Origin: Candidatus Muiribacteriota bacterium
GTDB lineage: Bacteria > Muiribacteriota > Muiribacteriia > Muiribacteriales > Muiribacteriaceae
Direction of reading: 5' to 3'
Length of the DNA: 64,000 bases
NCBI GenBank assembly: GCA_051747805.1
Contig: JBNJGP010000002.1
Coordinates: 7,608 to 71,607, forward strand
Program-made: the position numbers and the translations under genes
Notes under the pieces: generated by a model
Seen by the model: the letters and a program-made list of their open reading frames with translations, nothing else
Databases searched by the model: none
Told to the model about the DNA's origin: nothing
Shown here: positions 10,598 through 20,600 of the stretch, piece after piece
Layout: each line of letters opens with the position of its first letter
Numbering within the stretch: the stretch's first letter is position 1

Positions 10598-10626
10598 ATT
10601 CTATTTTTTTTTTTAATTTTTGTCAA
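10598..10626 (-). promoter_or_regulatory. Near-consensus sigma70-type promoter, TTGACA-17 nt-TAGAAT on the minus strand
   Basis: The minus-strand sequence reads TTGACAaaaattaaaaaaaaaaaTAGAAT. It lies about 170 nt upstream of the 3D-domain gene ATG at 10418. Confidence 0.4.
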
Positions 10627-10641
10627 ATACATGTTTCGAGG

Positions 10642-11589
10642 TCAGCTTTCTCCCGCTAATTTCAGGGCAAGTTTTAATGCCTGAATAAAACTCGAAGGAT
10701 TTGCCTTATTTTGTCCTGCAATATCAAAAGCAACTCCATGATCAGGAGAAGTTCTTATAAAATCTCCTCCCCATGTAATATTTACCCCCGAATCAAAATT
10801 AACCATTTTAAAAGGAATAAGAGCCTGATCATGATACATACATAGCGCAAGATTAAATTCATTTTTTTGATACATTTTATAAAAAAGGGTATCTGCAGCA
10901 TAAATAGTGCGACTGAGAGTTTTTTCCTTTTCAAAAAATTCTAAGGCATTTACTATTTTTTTCTCTTCATCTCCTATATATCCACCCTCACCGGCATGGG
11001 GATTCAGCGAACAAATAGCCATCCTGAAATTTTTTCCATATATTTTCTTCCCAAATATTAAACAGTTATTAATTGATTCTATAATTTTTTTTTCGGTTAT
11101 AAGCTCAGGAACTTTTTTAATACTTTCATGAACGGTCACAAGACCAACAGAAAAATAATTTCCTTTCATCAGCATGTTAAAATTATTATTTTCACACATT
11201 TCACCAAATATTTCTGTATGACCGGGATATTTTATACCGGCACAGTACCAGCTTTCTTTACATATTGGTAGAGTAACAACTGAGCTAACTCTTTTATTTT
11301 TTAATAATTTTATACTTTTTATTACACTTTCATAACTCAGTCTTCCGGATTGGGCCGATATTTTTCCAAAGTCCGGAGTAAAAGAAGGCTCTATATTAAA
11401 AAAATCTAAATTATTTAAAAAATTATCCCCGATTTTTGAAAGCTGACAGTATTTTAACAAGGATTTTTTATTTCCAATAATCAGGACATTATCAAACAGA
11501 GAAGGTTCTTTTAAAAATGCCTTAGAAAGTATTTCTATTCCAATGCCATTAAGATCTCCAGTTGTTATAGCTGTTTTGTATTTTTTCAA
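10642..11589 (-). CDS. pdxA: 4-hydroxythreonine-4-phosphate dehydrogenase
   Basis: ITTGDLNGIGIEI near the N-terminus, and GHTEIFGEM and NPHAGEGG motifs. Confidence 0.85.
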   Translation of the reverse strand: MKKYKTAITTGDLNGIGIEILSKAFLKEPSLFDNVLIIGNKKSLLKYCQLSKIGDNFLNNLDFFNIEPSFTPDFGKISAQSGRLSYESVIKSIKLLKNKRVSSVVTLPICKESWYCAGIKYPGHTEIFGEMCENNNFNMLMKGNYFSVGLVTVHESIKKVPELITEKKIIESINNCLIFGKKIYGKNFRMAICSLNPHAGEGGYIGDEEKKIVNALEFFEKEKTLSRTIYAADTLFYKMYQKNEFNLALCMYHDQALIPFKMVNFDSGVNITWGGDFIRTSPDHGVAFDIAGQNKANPSSFIQALKLALKLAGES

Positions 11590-12589
11590 CTAATTTCTCA
11601 CCCCCTTCAATAAATGTATTTACTTTTAAATAAAATATTCTATTAAAATAATTTTTAATTTTCCAGTAATCTTTTTCGGTGGTGATTATTGTTGAAATTT
11701 TTTTTTCTTTCATTATTTTTTTTATGTTAGAAATAATCTTACTGGTATATATCTGATGATCTTCAAACGGAATTTTATAAAAAGTTATATTTTTTAATTC
11801 TTCAATCTTTTCAACACAGGAAAAGAAAGATTCGGGCTTGGCAATTCCAGCCAGTAGAAGAATTTTTTTTTCATACTCAATCTTTTTATTTAAAGTAAAA
11901 AAATAATTCATTAAAAAAAATCGTTTATTTTGAGTAAATAAGTTAAGATATTTTTCGGTTTTAATATTTTCTGAAACTCTTCCATCATTTTTTAAAACAA
12001 CGTAATCTGCCCTTTTTATATTATTAAGAGGTTCACGCAGTATTCCAGAAGGAAGTATTTTTTTGTTATAAAAAAGTTCTTTACCATCTACACAGACAAT
12101 ATCAATATTTCTTTCAAGTCGCCAGTATTGAAATCCATCATCAAGTAAAATAAAATCAGGATTATATTTTTTCTCTATTGTTTTTAAAATTTTTACTCTT
12201 TTTTTTGCAATAAAAACAGGAACATCTGTGTTTAAGGCCATTAAATATGGTTCATCTCCACATTCTTTAACAGTCATTAAAAAGTTTCTGCCATCAAAAA
12301 CTTCCCCATACTTTTTATCTGATTTATAGGCGCGTTGAAGCACAACAACTGAGAAATTTCTCTGTTTTAATTTTTTTACAGCATAAATTACAAATGGAGT
12401 TTTCCCAGTTCCTCCCGCGGTAATATTTCCAACACTTATAATAAAAGAAGAGCTTCTGGTTTTAGGTAATATATTAAAATAATATAAATTGTATTTAATT
12501 TTATGAAGAAAATAATACAAAAAAGACAAAAGTCTCAAAAAAAGATTTAAAAATAATCCTTTATCCTTATATATAAAATCTCTCTTCAT
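11549..12589 (-). CDS. lpxK: Tetraacyldisaccharide 4'-kinase
   Basis: GNITAGGTGKTPFV P-loop characteristic of LpxK. It overlaps pdxA by 41 nt. Confidence 0.8.
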   Translation of the reverse strand: MKRDFIYKDKGLFLNLFLRLLSFLYYFLHKIKYNLYYFNILPKTRSSSFIISVGNITAGGTGKTPFVIYAVKKLKQRNFSVVVLQRAYKSDKKYGEVFDGRNFLMTVKECGDEPYLMALNTDVPVFIAKKRVKILKTIEKKYNPDFILLDDGFQYWRLERNIDIVCVDGKELFYNKKILPSGILREPLNNIKRADYVVLKNDGRVSENIKTEKYLNLFTQNKRFFLMNYFFTLNKKIEYEKKILLLAGIAKPESFFSCVEKIEELKNITFYKIPFEDHQIYTSKIISNIKKIMKEKKISTIITTEKDYWKIKNYFNRIFYLKVNTFIEGGEKLVEKIQNSYNNWRS

Positions 12590-12612
12590 AAATATTTTTA
12601 CCTTGTATAATC

Positions 12613-13815
12613 TCAGACAACTATCTTAAAATCCTCTTTTAATATATTAATTATTTTACCCCGGACATCATTATTTTTTTTATAAATTTTTTCTAAAGCA
12701 GAAGATGCTTTTTTTAGTTTATCCTGATGTTTGTAAAAATATGTCACAAGGGCCGGAATTTTTTTAATGTTTCCAATTTTAAAAACAGCCCGACTTTTTA
12801 AAAAAGGAATTATTTCACTTTCAAAATTTTTTAAATTTTTACCACATATAACGGGAACACCATATTCTGCGGCCTCAAAAAAGTTATGAATTCCTGATTT
12901 TTCAAACCCGCCTCCAATATATGCTAGATCCGCTATTTTATAAAGCTTATTAAGCACACCAAAAACATCTATTAAAACGATATCACCAGTTAGTTTTGTT
13001 TTTGAATAAAGATTCACTTTTTTATTTCTTTTTTTTAAATCATTTTTTATTTTTTCCAGGTTTTTCATCTTTCTTGGTGCAATTATGATTTTAATATTAT
13101 TAGAATATGAAAGTATATCAAGTATAAACTTTTCTTCAGGCCAATGTGTGGAACCAGCAACAAATATAAATTCTTTTTTGTTTATTTTGTCAATTTTTTT
13201 AAAATTTCCATATTTTAAATTACCGGAAACATAAATTTTACACGCAGGCATAAATTTTTTAAAATTCTCTTTTTCCTTGTTATTCTGAGCAAAAACCGCC
13301 TTTATATTTTTAAAAATTAAACTCCTTAAAAAATAGTTTTTTTTATAAAACTTAAGTGTTTTAGAAGACAACCTTCCATTTATTATTATAACTGGTATAT
13401 CAAGATTTTTTGCGCTTTTTATCAGTCCTGGCCAGTAATCAATTTCACTTATAAATACAATTTTTATTTTACGTTTTTTTAAAATTTTTTTTAAAATAAA
13501 TGAAAAATCTAATGGATATATTAAAACTTCCAAATCAGGCTTATTTTTCTTTATATAACTTAAAGTATCGGGACAAGTTGTTGTAAAAATCGCATCTAAT
13601 TTAAACTTTTCATGAAGTTTTAATGCACATTCAGCCTCTCCAACAGAAACACAGTGAAAAAGAACTTTTTTGCTATTTGATTTTTTTTTTTTTAGATAAC
13701 CAAAGTAAAAAAAGAAATATTTCAGTTTATTCTGATAGAATAAATAAATAAAAACAGGGATAAAAAATATTGAGGCAAGAAAATATATTAAAAAATTATA
13801 AATTAATAAAGCCAT
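12613..13815 (-). CDS. waaA: 3-deoxy-D-manno-octulosonic acid (Kdo) transferase
   Basis: N-terminal TM segment, HCVSVGEAE (as in WaaA xASVGE) and a C-terminal GT-B fold with an EPxxxG-like region. Confidence 0.7.
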   Translation of the reverse strand: MALLIYNFLIYFLASIFFIPVFIYLFYQNKLKYFFFYFGYLKKKKSNSKKVLFHCVSVGEAECALKLHEKFKLDAIFTTTCPDTLSYIKKNKPDLEVLIYPLDFSFILKKILKKRKIKIVFISEIDYWPGLIKSAKNLDIPVIIINGRLSSKTLKFYKKNYFLRSLIFKNIKAVFAQNNKEKENFKKFMPACKIYVSGNLKYGNFKKIDKINKKEFIFVAGSTHWPEEKFILDILSYSNNIKIIIAPRKMKNLEKIKNDLKKRNKKVNLYSKTKLTGDIVLIDVFGVLNKLYKIADLAYIGGGFEKSGIHNFFEAAEYGVPVICGKNLKNFESEIIPFLKSRAVFKIGNIKKIPALVTYFYKHQDKLKKASSALEKIYKKNNDVRGKIINILKEDFKIVV

Positions 13816-13839
13816 AATTGTTTACCGAATTTTCCCTCG

Positions 13840-14658
13840 TTAACCGAACTTTTTTTTCAAAAAATCATAATGTCTTCTATGTACCCATATATTATAAAAA
13901 AGAAGCCAGTTTTCAGGTGACCTTTTTATCATTTTTTCAAAAAGATTAATTGATTTTCGCGTAAATTCCAATTTTTTTTCCATAATTTCTGTTTTAGAAG
14001 AAGATATTTTGTCAAAAAAAATAATTTCATGTTTTAAGAAAGCTTTTCTTTTTATAAAAACAGGAATAAAATCCATATCGCGCAAAGCATAAAAAGAGGC
14101 TGGTCCAGATGGGAAAGAAACCTTTTTTCCAAAAAAATCTGTGAAAATTCCAGTTTTACCTCCATCCTGATCAGAAATAAATCCTAATATTTTGTTTTTA
14201 TCTGCCATGCCTTTAAAAATTTCTTTTTTATTAGAATTATTAATCGTCTGTATATTATGTTTTTCTCTGATAAAGTTAAAAATTTTAGAAACAAGTTTAT
14301 TTTTTGGGGGAAGCATAACAGATATAATATCAATATTGTTTTTAACAAGCCAAGCTCCCATAAACTCCCAGTTTCCAAAATGCATTGATATGAAAGAAAT
14401 ATTTGAATTTTTATTTTTTAAAAAATTTTCAAACCCTTTTACTCTTACTTTAAAAATATGAAACATTCCAAAAAACATCAAAATAAATTCAATTAAATTA
14501 AAAATCTGAAACTTATAAAATTTAAGGGCTATTTTTTTTTTATTTTTAAAAGAAATATTATTTTTATATATTACATCAAGATTTTTAAAAATAATTTTTC
14601 TTGTACCAGGAAAAAACCTGTATATAAACAAGCATAAGCAATTTACAATTAAATTCAT
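13840..14658 (-). CDS. lpxL: Lipid A biosynthesis late acyltransferase (LpxL/HtrB family)
   Basis: HFGNWE matches the HX4D/E acyltransferase motif of LpxL/LpxM. It lies next to waaA and lpxK. Confidence 0.6.
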   Translation of the reverse strand: MNLIVNCLCLFIYRFFPGTRKIIFKNLDVIYKNNISFKNKKKIALKFYKFQIFNLIEFILMFFGMFHIFKVRVKGFENFLKNKNSNISFISMHFGNWEFMGAWLVKNNIDIISVMLPPKNKLVSKIFNFIREKHNIQTINNSNKKEIFKGMADKNKILGFISDQDGGKTGIFTDFFGKKVSFPSGPASFYALRDMDFIPVFIKRKAFLKHEIIFFDKISSSKTEIMEKKLEFTRKSINLFEKMIKRSPENWLLFYNIWVHRRHYDFLKKKFG

Positions 14659-14670
14659 TTAAAAAACCTT

Positions 14671-17600
14671 TTATGCTCCCTGAGGTTTCAGCATTTCCTG
14701 AGCCTGTTTTGCCTCTTCGCTGTCTATTGGTGCAATATTAATAACTTTAATTGCCTCAGAAATAGCCTCATCAATTTTTCCAAGAATATGATAAACTCTT
14801 GCCAGTTCCAGCCTGTAAGACGGGTTATCAGAGTTAAGTCCCGAAAGCTTCTGTAATACTTCAAGTGCCTTTTCATATTCTTTTCGTCTTGAATAAATCT
14901 TGGAAATCTTATAATAGCCCTCTTGGGAATCAGGAATTAAATTAAGCATTTTTTCATATAAAACAACTGAGTCGCCAGCCATTCCCTGCCTGGTATAAAT
15001 ATCGGCTAGATTATGATATGCAGGCTCAAATTTAGCATTTATTTTAATTGTTTCTTTATAGTAATTTATTGCCTTGTCAATAATCTGCTTATCTTCAAAA
15101 ACCTGGGCAATTCTATAACATATCGCAGCAGTAGGTCCTGCGTATTTAGAAGCTTCCCTGTAATAAACAAGAGATTTATCCAGATATCCTTTTCTGAAAT
15201 AAATATCTCCCATTGACACGTAGGAGTTCCATCTGGCTTTATCTTTTTCGGTAATTTCCTGATACATTTTCAGACTTTGTTCAAACTTGGAACTTTTTTC
15301 ATAGCAGTAGGCAAGTTTCTCAAGGAATTCCAGAGATTCAGGTTCGTATTCAATTAATTTTTTTAATTCTTTTTCTGCTCCATTAAAATTTTCAAGTGCC
15401 ATGAAAATATCTGAAAGAAGGAGCCTTGCTTTTATTTCTAACTGTTTATCAAGCTTTTTATCAATTATCTTTCCTAGCTGTTCAATAGCTTTTTTATACT
15501 CTTTCATTCTAAACATAATTCTTGCCATCTCAAAGCAGGACTCGATATTTTCAGGTTCAGACCTGATTACTTTAGAAAGATATTCAGATGCCTGAGAGAA
15601 TTTTTCCATTTTTTCAGATAAACCGGCTGCTCTTAAAAGCATTTTATTGTTTGCAGGTTGATATGTAAGTATGTTTTCAACAATACTTAAGGCCTCCTCA
15701 TACATTCCCTCTTTTTCATAACATTTAGCAAGTCCTGCATACCCTTCCCAGTATTCGGGATCATATTGAATAGTTTTTTTATAATATTTAATTGCCTCAC
15801 TGTTATTTTGAAGCTTAAAATAACATTCTGCAATTTTTTTGTTAGTTTGTATTCTCTTTGAATAGTCAAAATCTAAAAGTTTTTTATATGCTTCAAGAGC
15901 CTCTGGGTAGTTTCCAAACTTAAACTGAATATCTCCTGAAAGCTCCCAGCTTTCAGGTTCAGATCCCATTTCAAATGCCTGATTTATAAAATTTAACGCT
16001 TCTTTAAGTTTGAAACTCCGATAATAAACTTTAGAAAGAAGAAAACAGTTATCATAGTTTAAATCATCTTTATTTTTTAAAATATCAGCAAGTTCAAGAG
16101 CCTCTCTTTCAAGGTTTAACTTATAAAGGATTTCCAAATAATAAAAGTTTACTTCTTTATCACCATTCACATAAGCTCTATATTTTTCAAGCATCTCTTT
16201 TTTTGTACCCTCATCTACCACTAAAAAGGCTAAATATTTATATGCCATAAAACATGCCGGATTATTTTCAACTGTTTTTTCATAAAATTCAATTGCTTCA
16301 CCGTTTAAGTCCTGTTTTCTTTTCAGCTCACCCATGAGAAAAAGAGCCTTGTAATCTTCCGGATAGGAAACAAGAAATTCGTTTAATTCTTGCTGTGCCT
16401 CATCAAATTTTTTGGTTTTTATAAAAAGCTCAGCAAGCTCATAACGATAATTCCTGACGGTAAATTTATCAGAATCTACATTTTTTAGATATTTTAAAGC
16501 TTTTTCGGGGTCATTTCCCTTGCATAAAACACTTAGATTATAAAGAGTTTCATTATCCTTTATATCATCTTCTAAAAGTTCTTCAAAAAGCTCAACAGCC
16601 TTATCATTTATATTTAACTCCATATATATTTTACCAAGCTCTCTTTTAACTGTATTTCCAATTTTCTTATTTCCCGAAAGCTGCTGCATTTTGGAAATAG
16701 CCTCATTAAAGCGTTTTAGTTTTTTATAATTAATTGCCAGTGAAAATTGTATTTGTGGATCATCTGCCCTCATAAGTACAGCTTTTTCAAAATATTGAGA
16801 GGCCTCCTGATACTGTTTTTTATTCTGCAGCGTTAAACCAATATAATAATACGCCTCTCCAAAGTTAGGATTTTCTGAAAGAGCTTTTTTTAGTTTTTCA
16901 AGAGCCTGTACATAATTTCCTTTAAAATAAAGAGCTTTTCCATAATTAAACAGATTCTGCCAATCAAGTTTAACAGTTTTTAAAACAAAATCTATTAGAT
17001 TTATTATTGAATCATACTTCTCTTTGTTAAAATAAATTTTAGACATATAATTAACAACAGAAAGATTTGAACTTTCCTGTTTGATATAAGTTCTGAACAT
17101 ATCCAGGGCCCCATCAAAATCTTCTGTTAAGTATAAAACCTCACCCATTTCATATAAATATTCTTTTTCTCCGGTATTTTTAATTTTACTCAGATAATCT
17201 CTGGCTTTATTTATTTCACCTTTAGTTTTATACAACTTAGCGTATGTTTTATTAAGCTCATCATACTCCTGTTTTTCAGGAAATTTTTCCTTATATTCAT
17301 CTAAATATTCAAGACTTTCATCAAATAAACCTCTCCTTGCAAGAATATCAGAAAGTTTAAGATAAACATTTTCTGAGAGCGGATTTATGGAAAGCGCCTT
17401 CTTCAAGGAAAATTCAGCCTCTTCAAGCCTGTTATTTTCTTCGGATATATCGGCTATTATAATATAGGCATCATTACAGTTTTTGTCTTCGGAAGCAGTT
17501 TTTTTGGCATAATTAACGGCCTCTTCATTATTGCCCAAATTCATATAGGCTTTTGCCATCATTAAATGAATTCTGCTTTCTGGCTGCAAATTCTTTAAAA

Positions 17601-20600
17601 GTAAGATAGCCTCTGAATTCCTTTCTGTGGACATATATACCTCGGCCAGCTTTTCATAGGCCTGATGGAAATCGGGCGTTTGTTCAATAAGTTGTTTTAG
17701 AAGCTTTTCTGCCTCTTTATAATTTTTTAATCTAAAAGATATTTGTGCAAGTTCAAACAAAGCCCCTGCATTATCAGGATCTTTTTGAAGAACTTTTTTA
17801 TAATTTTTTTCTGCCATTTCAAAATTATTTTTCCTACTGTAAAGAGAGGCCAGCTTAAAATAACCCTCTACATTGCTATCATCAATTTCAACCATTTTCA
17901 AATAATTATTAATAGCATTTTCTGTATCCTCAAGTATTTCATAAACTGTTCCCGTTAAAGACCAGATAGAAGCTTTTTCGGGATATTTCTGCCCTACCTG
18001 CTTTAAGATTTCCAGAGATTTTTCATACTGTCCCATTTCTTTATAAATAATTGACATAAAACATAAAGTATCAAAGTCATCTGGATCTTTAAGCAGAATT
18101 TTTTCAAAATAATATAATGCTTTTTCATAATTATGCATCTTTGTATAAATGCTTCCAAGTTTAAACCAGTTATCCGATAGTTCATAGGCTTTTATTGAAT
18201 TTTCATACATTTCCTGTTTCTCATAAATAAGTCCTTTCAGATTAAGTGCTTCCTGACAATCAGGCATAATTCTAAGTACTCTAGTAACGTTTTCAAGAGA
18301 CTCTTCATACATTCCTCTTTTGAAATATAAATAGGCCAGTTTAAGTGCAATTCTATCATCATTAAGCGGAGCAGCTTTTTCAAGCACAAAAATCGCCTTA
18401 TCTATATTAGATGTTTTTTCAAATGCCTGAGCATATTCAATAACAAGTTCAGCATCATTAATAATTTCACCCTCGATTATTTCATAATATGAAATTGCTT
18501 TCTGAAACATTTCTTTTTTTAAATAAATTCTTGCAGCAAGAAGAAAAACATTAAAATCTTTTACTCCATTTGATAATAACTTGTTTATATAAGAGAGCGC
18601 CTCATTGTAATTTTCTTTTAAAAACTCAGAAAGGGCCTGATGATATAAAAATTCTGCGTCAGTTTTATTTTCATAGGAATCTTTAAGCTCTTCAAATAAA
18701 TTTGAGGCCTCTTTTACTCTGCCAGTTTTCTGAAGCATAATAGCCAGTTCCTTTTTAAAAATCGACTCCTGGCTTAACTCAATACATCTTCTAAAGGCAG
18801 ATATTGCCCTGTTATAATTTTCCATTTCTTTTTCTGCAATTCCCAGAATTTCAAAATAGGCCAGATTTTCTGAATCCTGTTCGGTTAAAATTTCTGCAAG
18901 TTCTGCCACTTTAATAAATTCTTTTTTTGCAAAATATAATCTGGCCTTAAAAAATCTAAGCTCATTATTTTCAGGTTCAACTTTTAATGCATTATTTATA
19001 TATTCTAAGGCCTGATCATAGTCTTCCTTTTCTTCATAAAGTTTAGCAGTATGAACTAAAAAATCAATATCTCTGCTTAAATCACCTTCACGGGAGGCTT
19101 TCAACGAAAATGAAAGCGCCCTGTCAACTTCACCATTTATTTTATAAATTTTTGAAAGATACTTATAACAAAAGGCTGTATTATATGAGGCTAGTATAGA
19201 TTTTTCAAAAGATTTTACTGCTGGCTCATATTTTTTAAGCTTGAAGTTAAGCATAGCAGATTCAAATACAAACCTTGAGTTCTGAGGATATTTATCACAC
19301 ATATCTTCTAGGCGCACACGTGCTTCATCAAATCTTTCAATAGATATGAGAGCTTTTATATAGGCATAATTAAGTTTTTCATTATATTCTGAGTAATCCT
19401 TTGATGATAATAGTGAGGGAAGTTTATTTAAAGCATAGTCCCGCGAAACTAGTGAATTATAATAAATATATTCAATATTTGCGCTGTCTTTCATAAGAAG
19501 CTCTTTAAAAATAGCTCCTGATTCTTCAATCATTTCATTATTATACATCCATTTAGCTAAATTAAACTTCTGCGGATTTTCAAGAGCAGAAAAATCTATA
19601 TTTTTAATAGATTTGCGGGCATTTTTAATTTCATTTTTATTAAAATAAATGCATGTCAGCTTATAAATCCAGTAATTATGGTCTGGATAAGTATCAAGTA
19701 ACCCTTTTAAAAATTTTTCGGCCTCTCTCCATCTTCCCTGCTTTTCATAATAATAAAGCATTGTTTCATGATAATTATAACTTTCAGGATAATCATCAGA
19801 AACTTCATTTAATAAAAGATTTGCCTCTTCATAAATACCGCGGTCAATATAAATTTTAGCAAGTCCAAGAAGACTTTCAGGATTCTTTTTTTCAATATCC
19901 ATACTTCTTTTAAAACATGTTAAACTTTCAGATATATTACCCTTTGAATAGTAAATTTTACCAAGAAGCATATAAGACTCATGAGAATCAGGAAACTTTG
20001 CAACATTTTTCTCAATTATCTGAGAGGCTTTCTGAAGCTCATCTACTTTAATATACAAATTGGCGAGTTTAATTTCGTACTCATGTTTACCAGTTTTTTC
20101 AGCCAGGTCTGCATATTGCTTTGAAGCCTCGCCATGATTACCAGTTTTTTCAAAACAGAGAGCCAGTTTTTCAAGCTGCCAGGTAGATAATAAATTATAA
20201 ACTTTTTTATAAAGATTTTGAGATTTAGAATAATTTCTTTTTAAAAACTCAAAATCAGCTTCCTTCATAATAAGCTGATTATTATCAACACCAAATCTTT
20301 CTTTAGCCCGTTGAAGATATTTTTCAAAAAGAACAAAATCTTTTCTGTCTAAAAAAATATCGAGAAGATATTTATTAAAATCTATATTATTCCAGTGCTT
20401 TTCAGGTGCGCTTTTAAAAAAATCAAGCCATTTAGAAAAATCAACAACATTATAGAGAGTATCAAGGATTAGCTGAAATTTCTGTACATTTACGTAATCT
20501 TTTAATATTTCTGCAGTTTCCACAGCCCTGCTAACTTTCTTATTGGAAACAAGAAACTCATAAAGCTTCATTAAATACTCAGTATTATTTTCGGCAAGCC

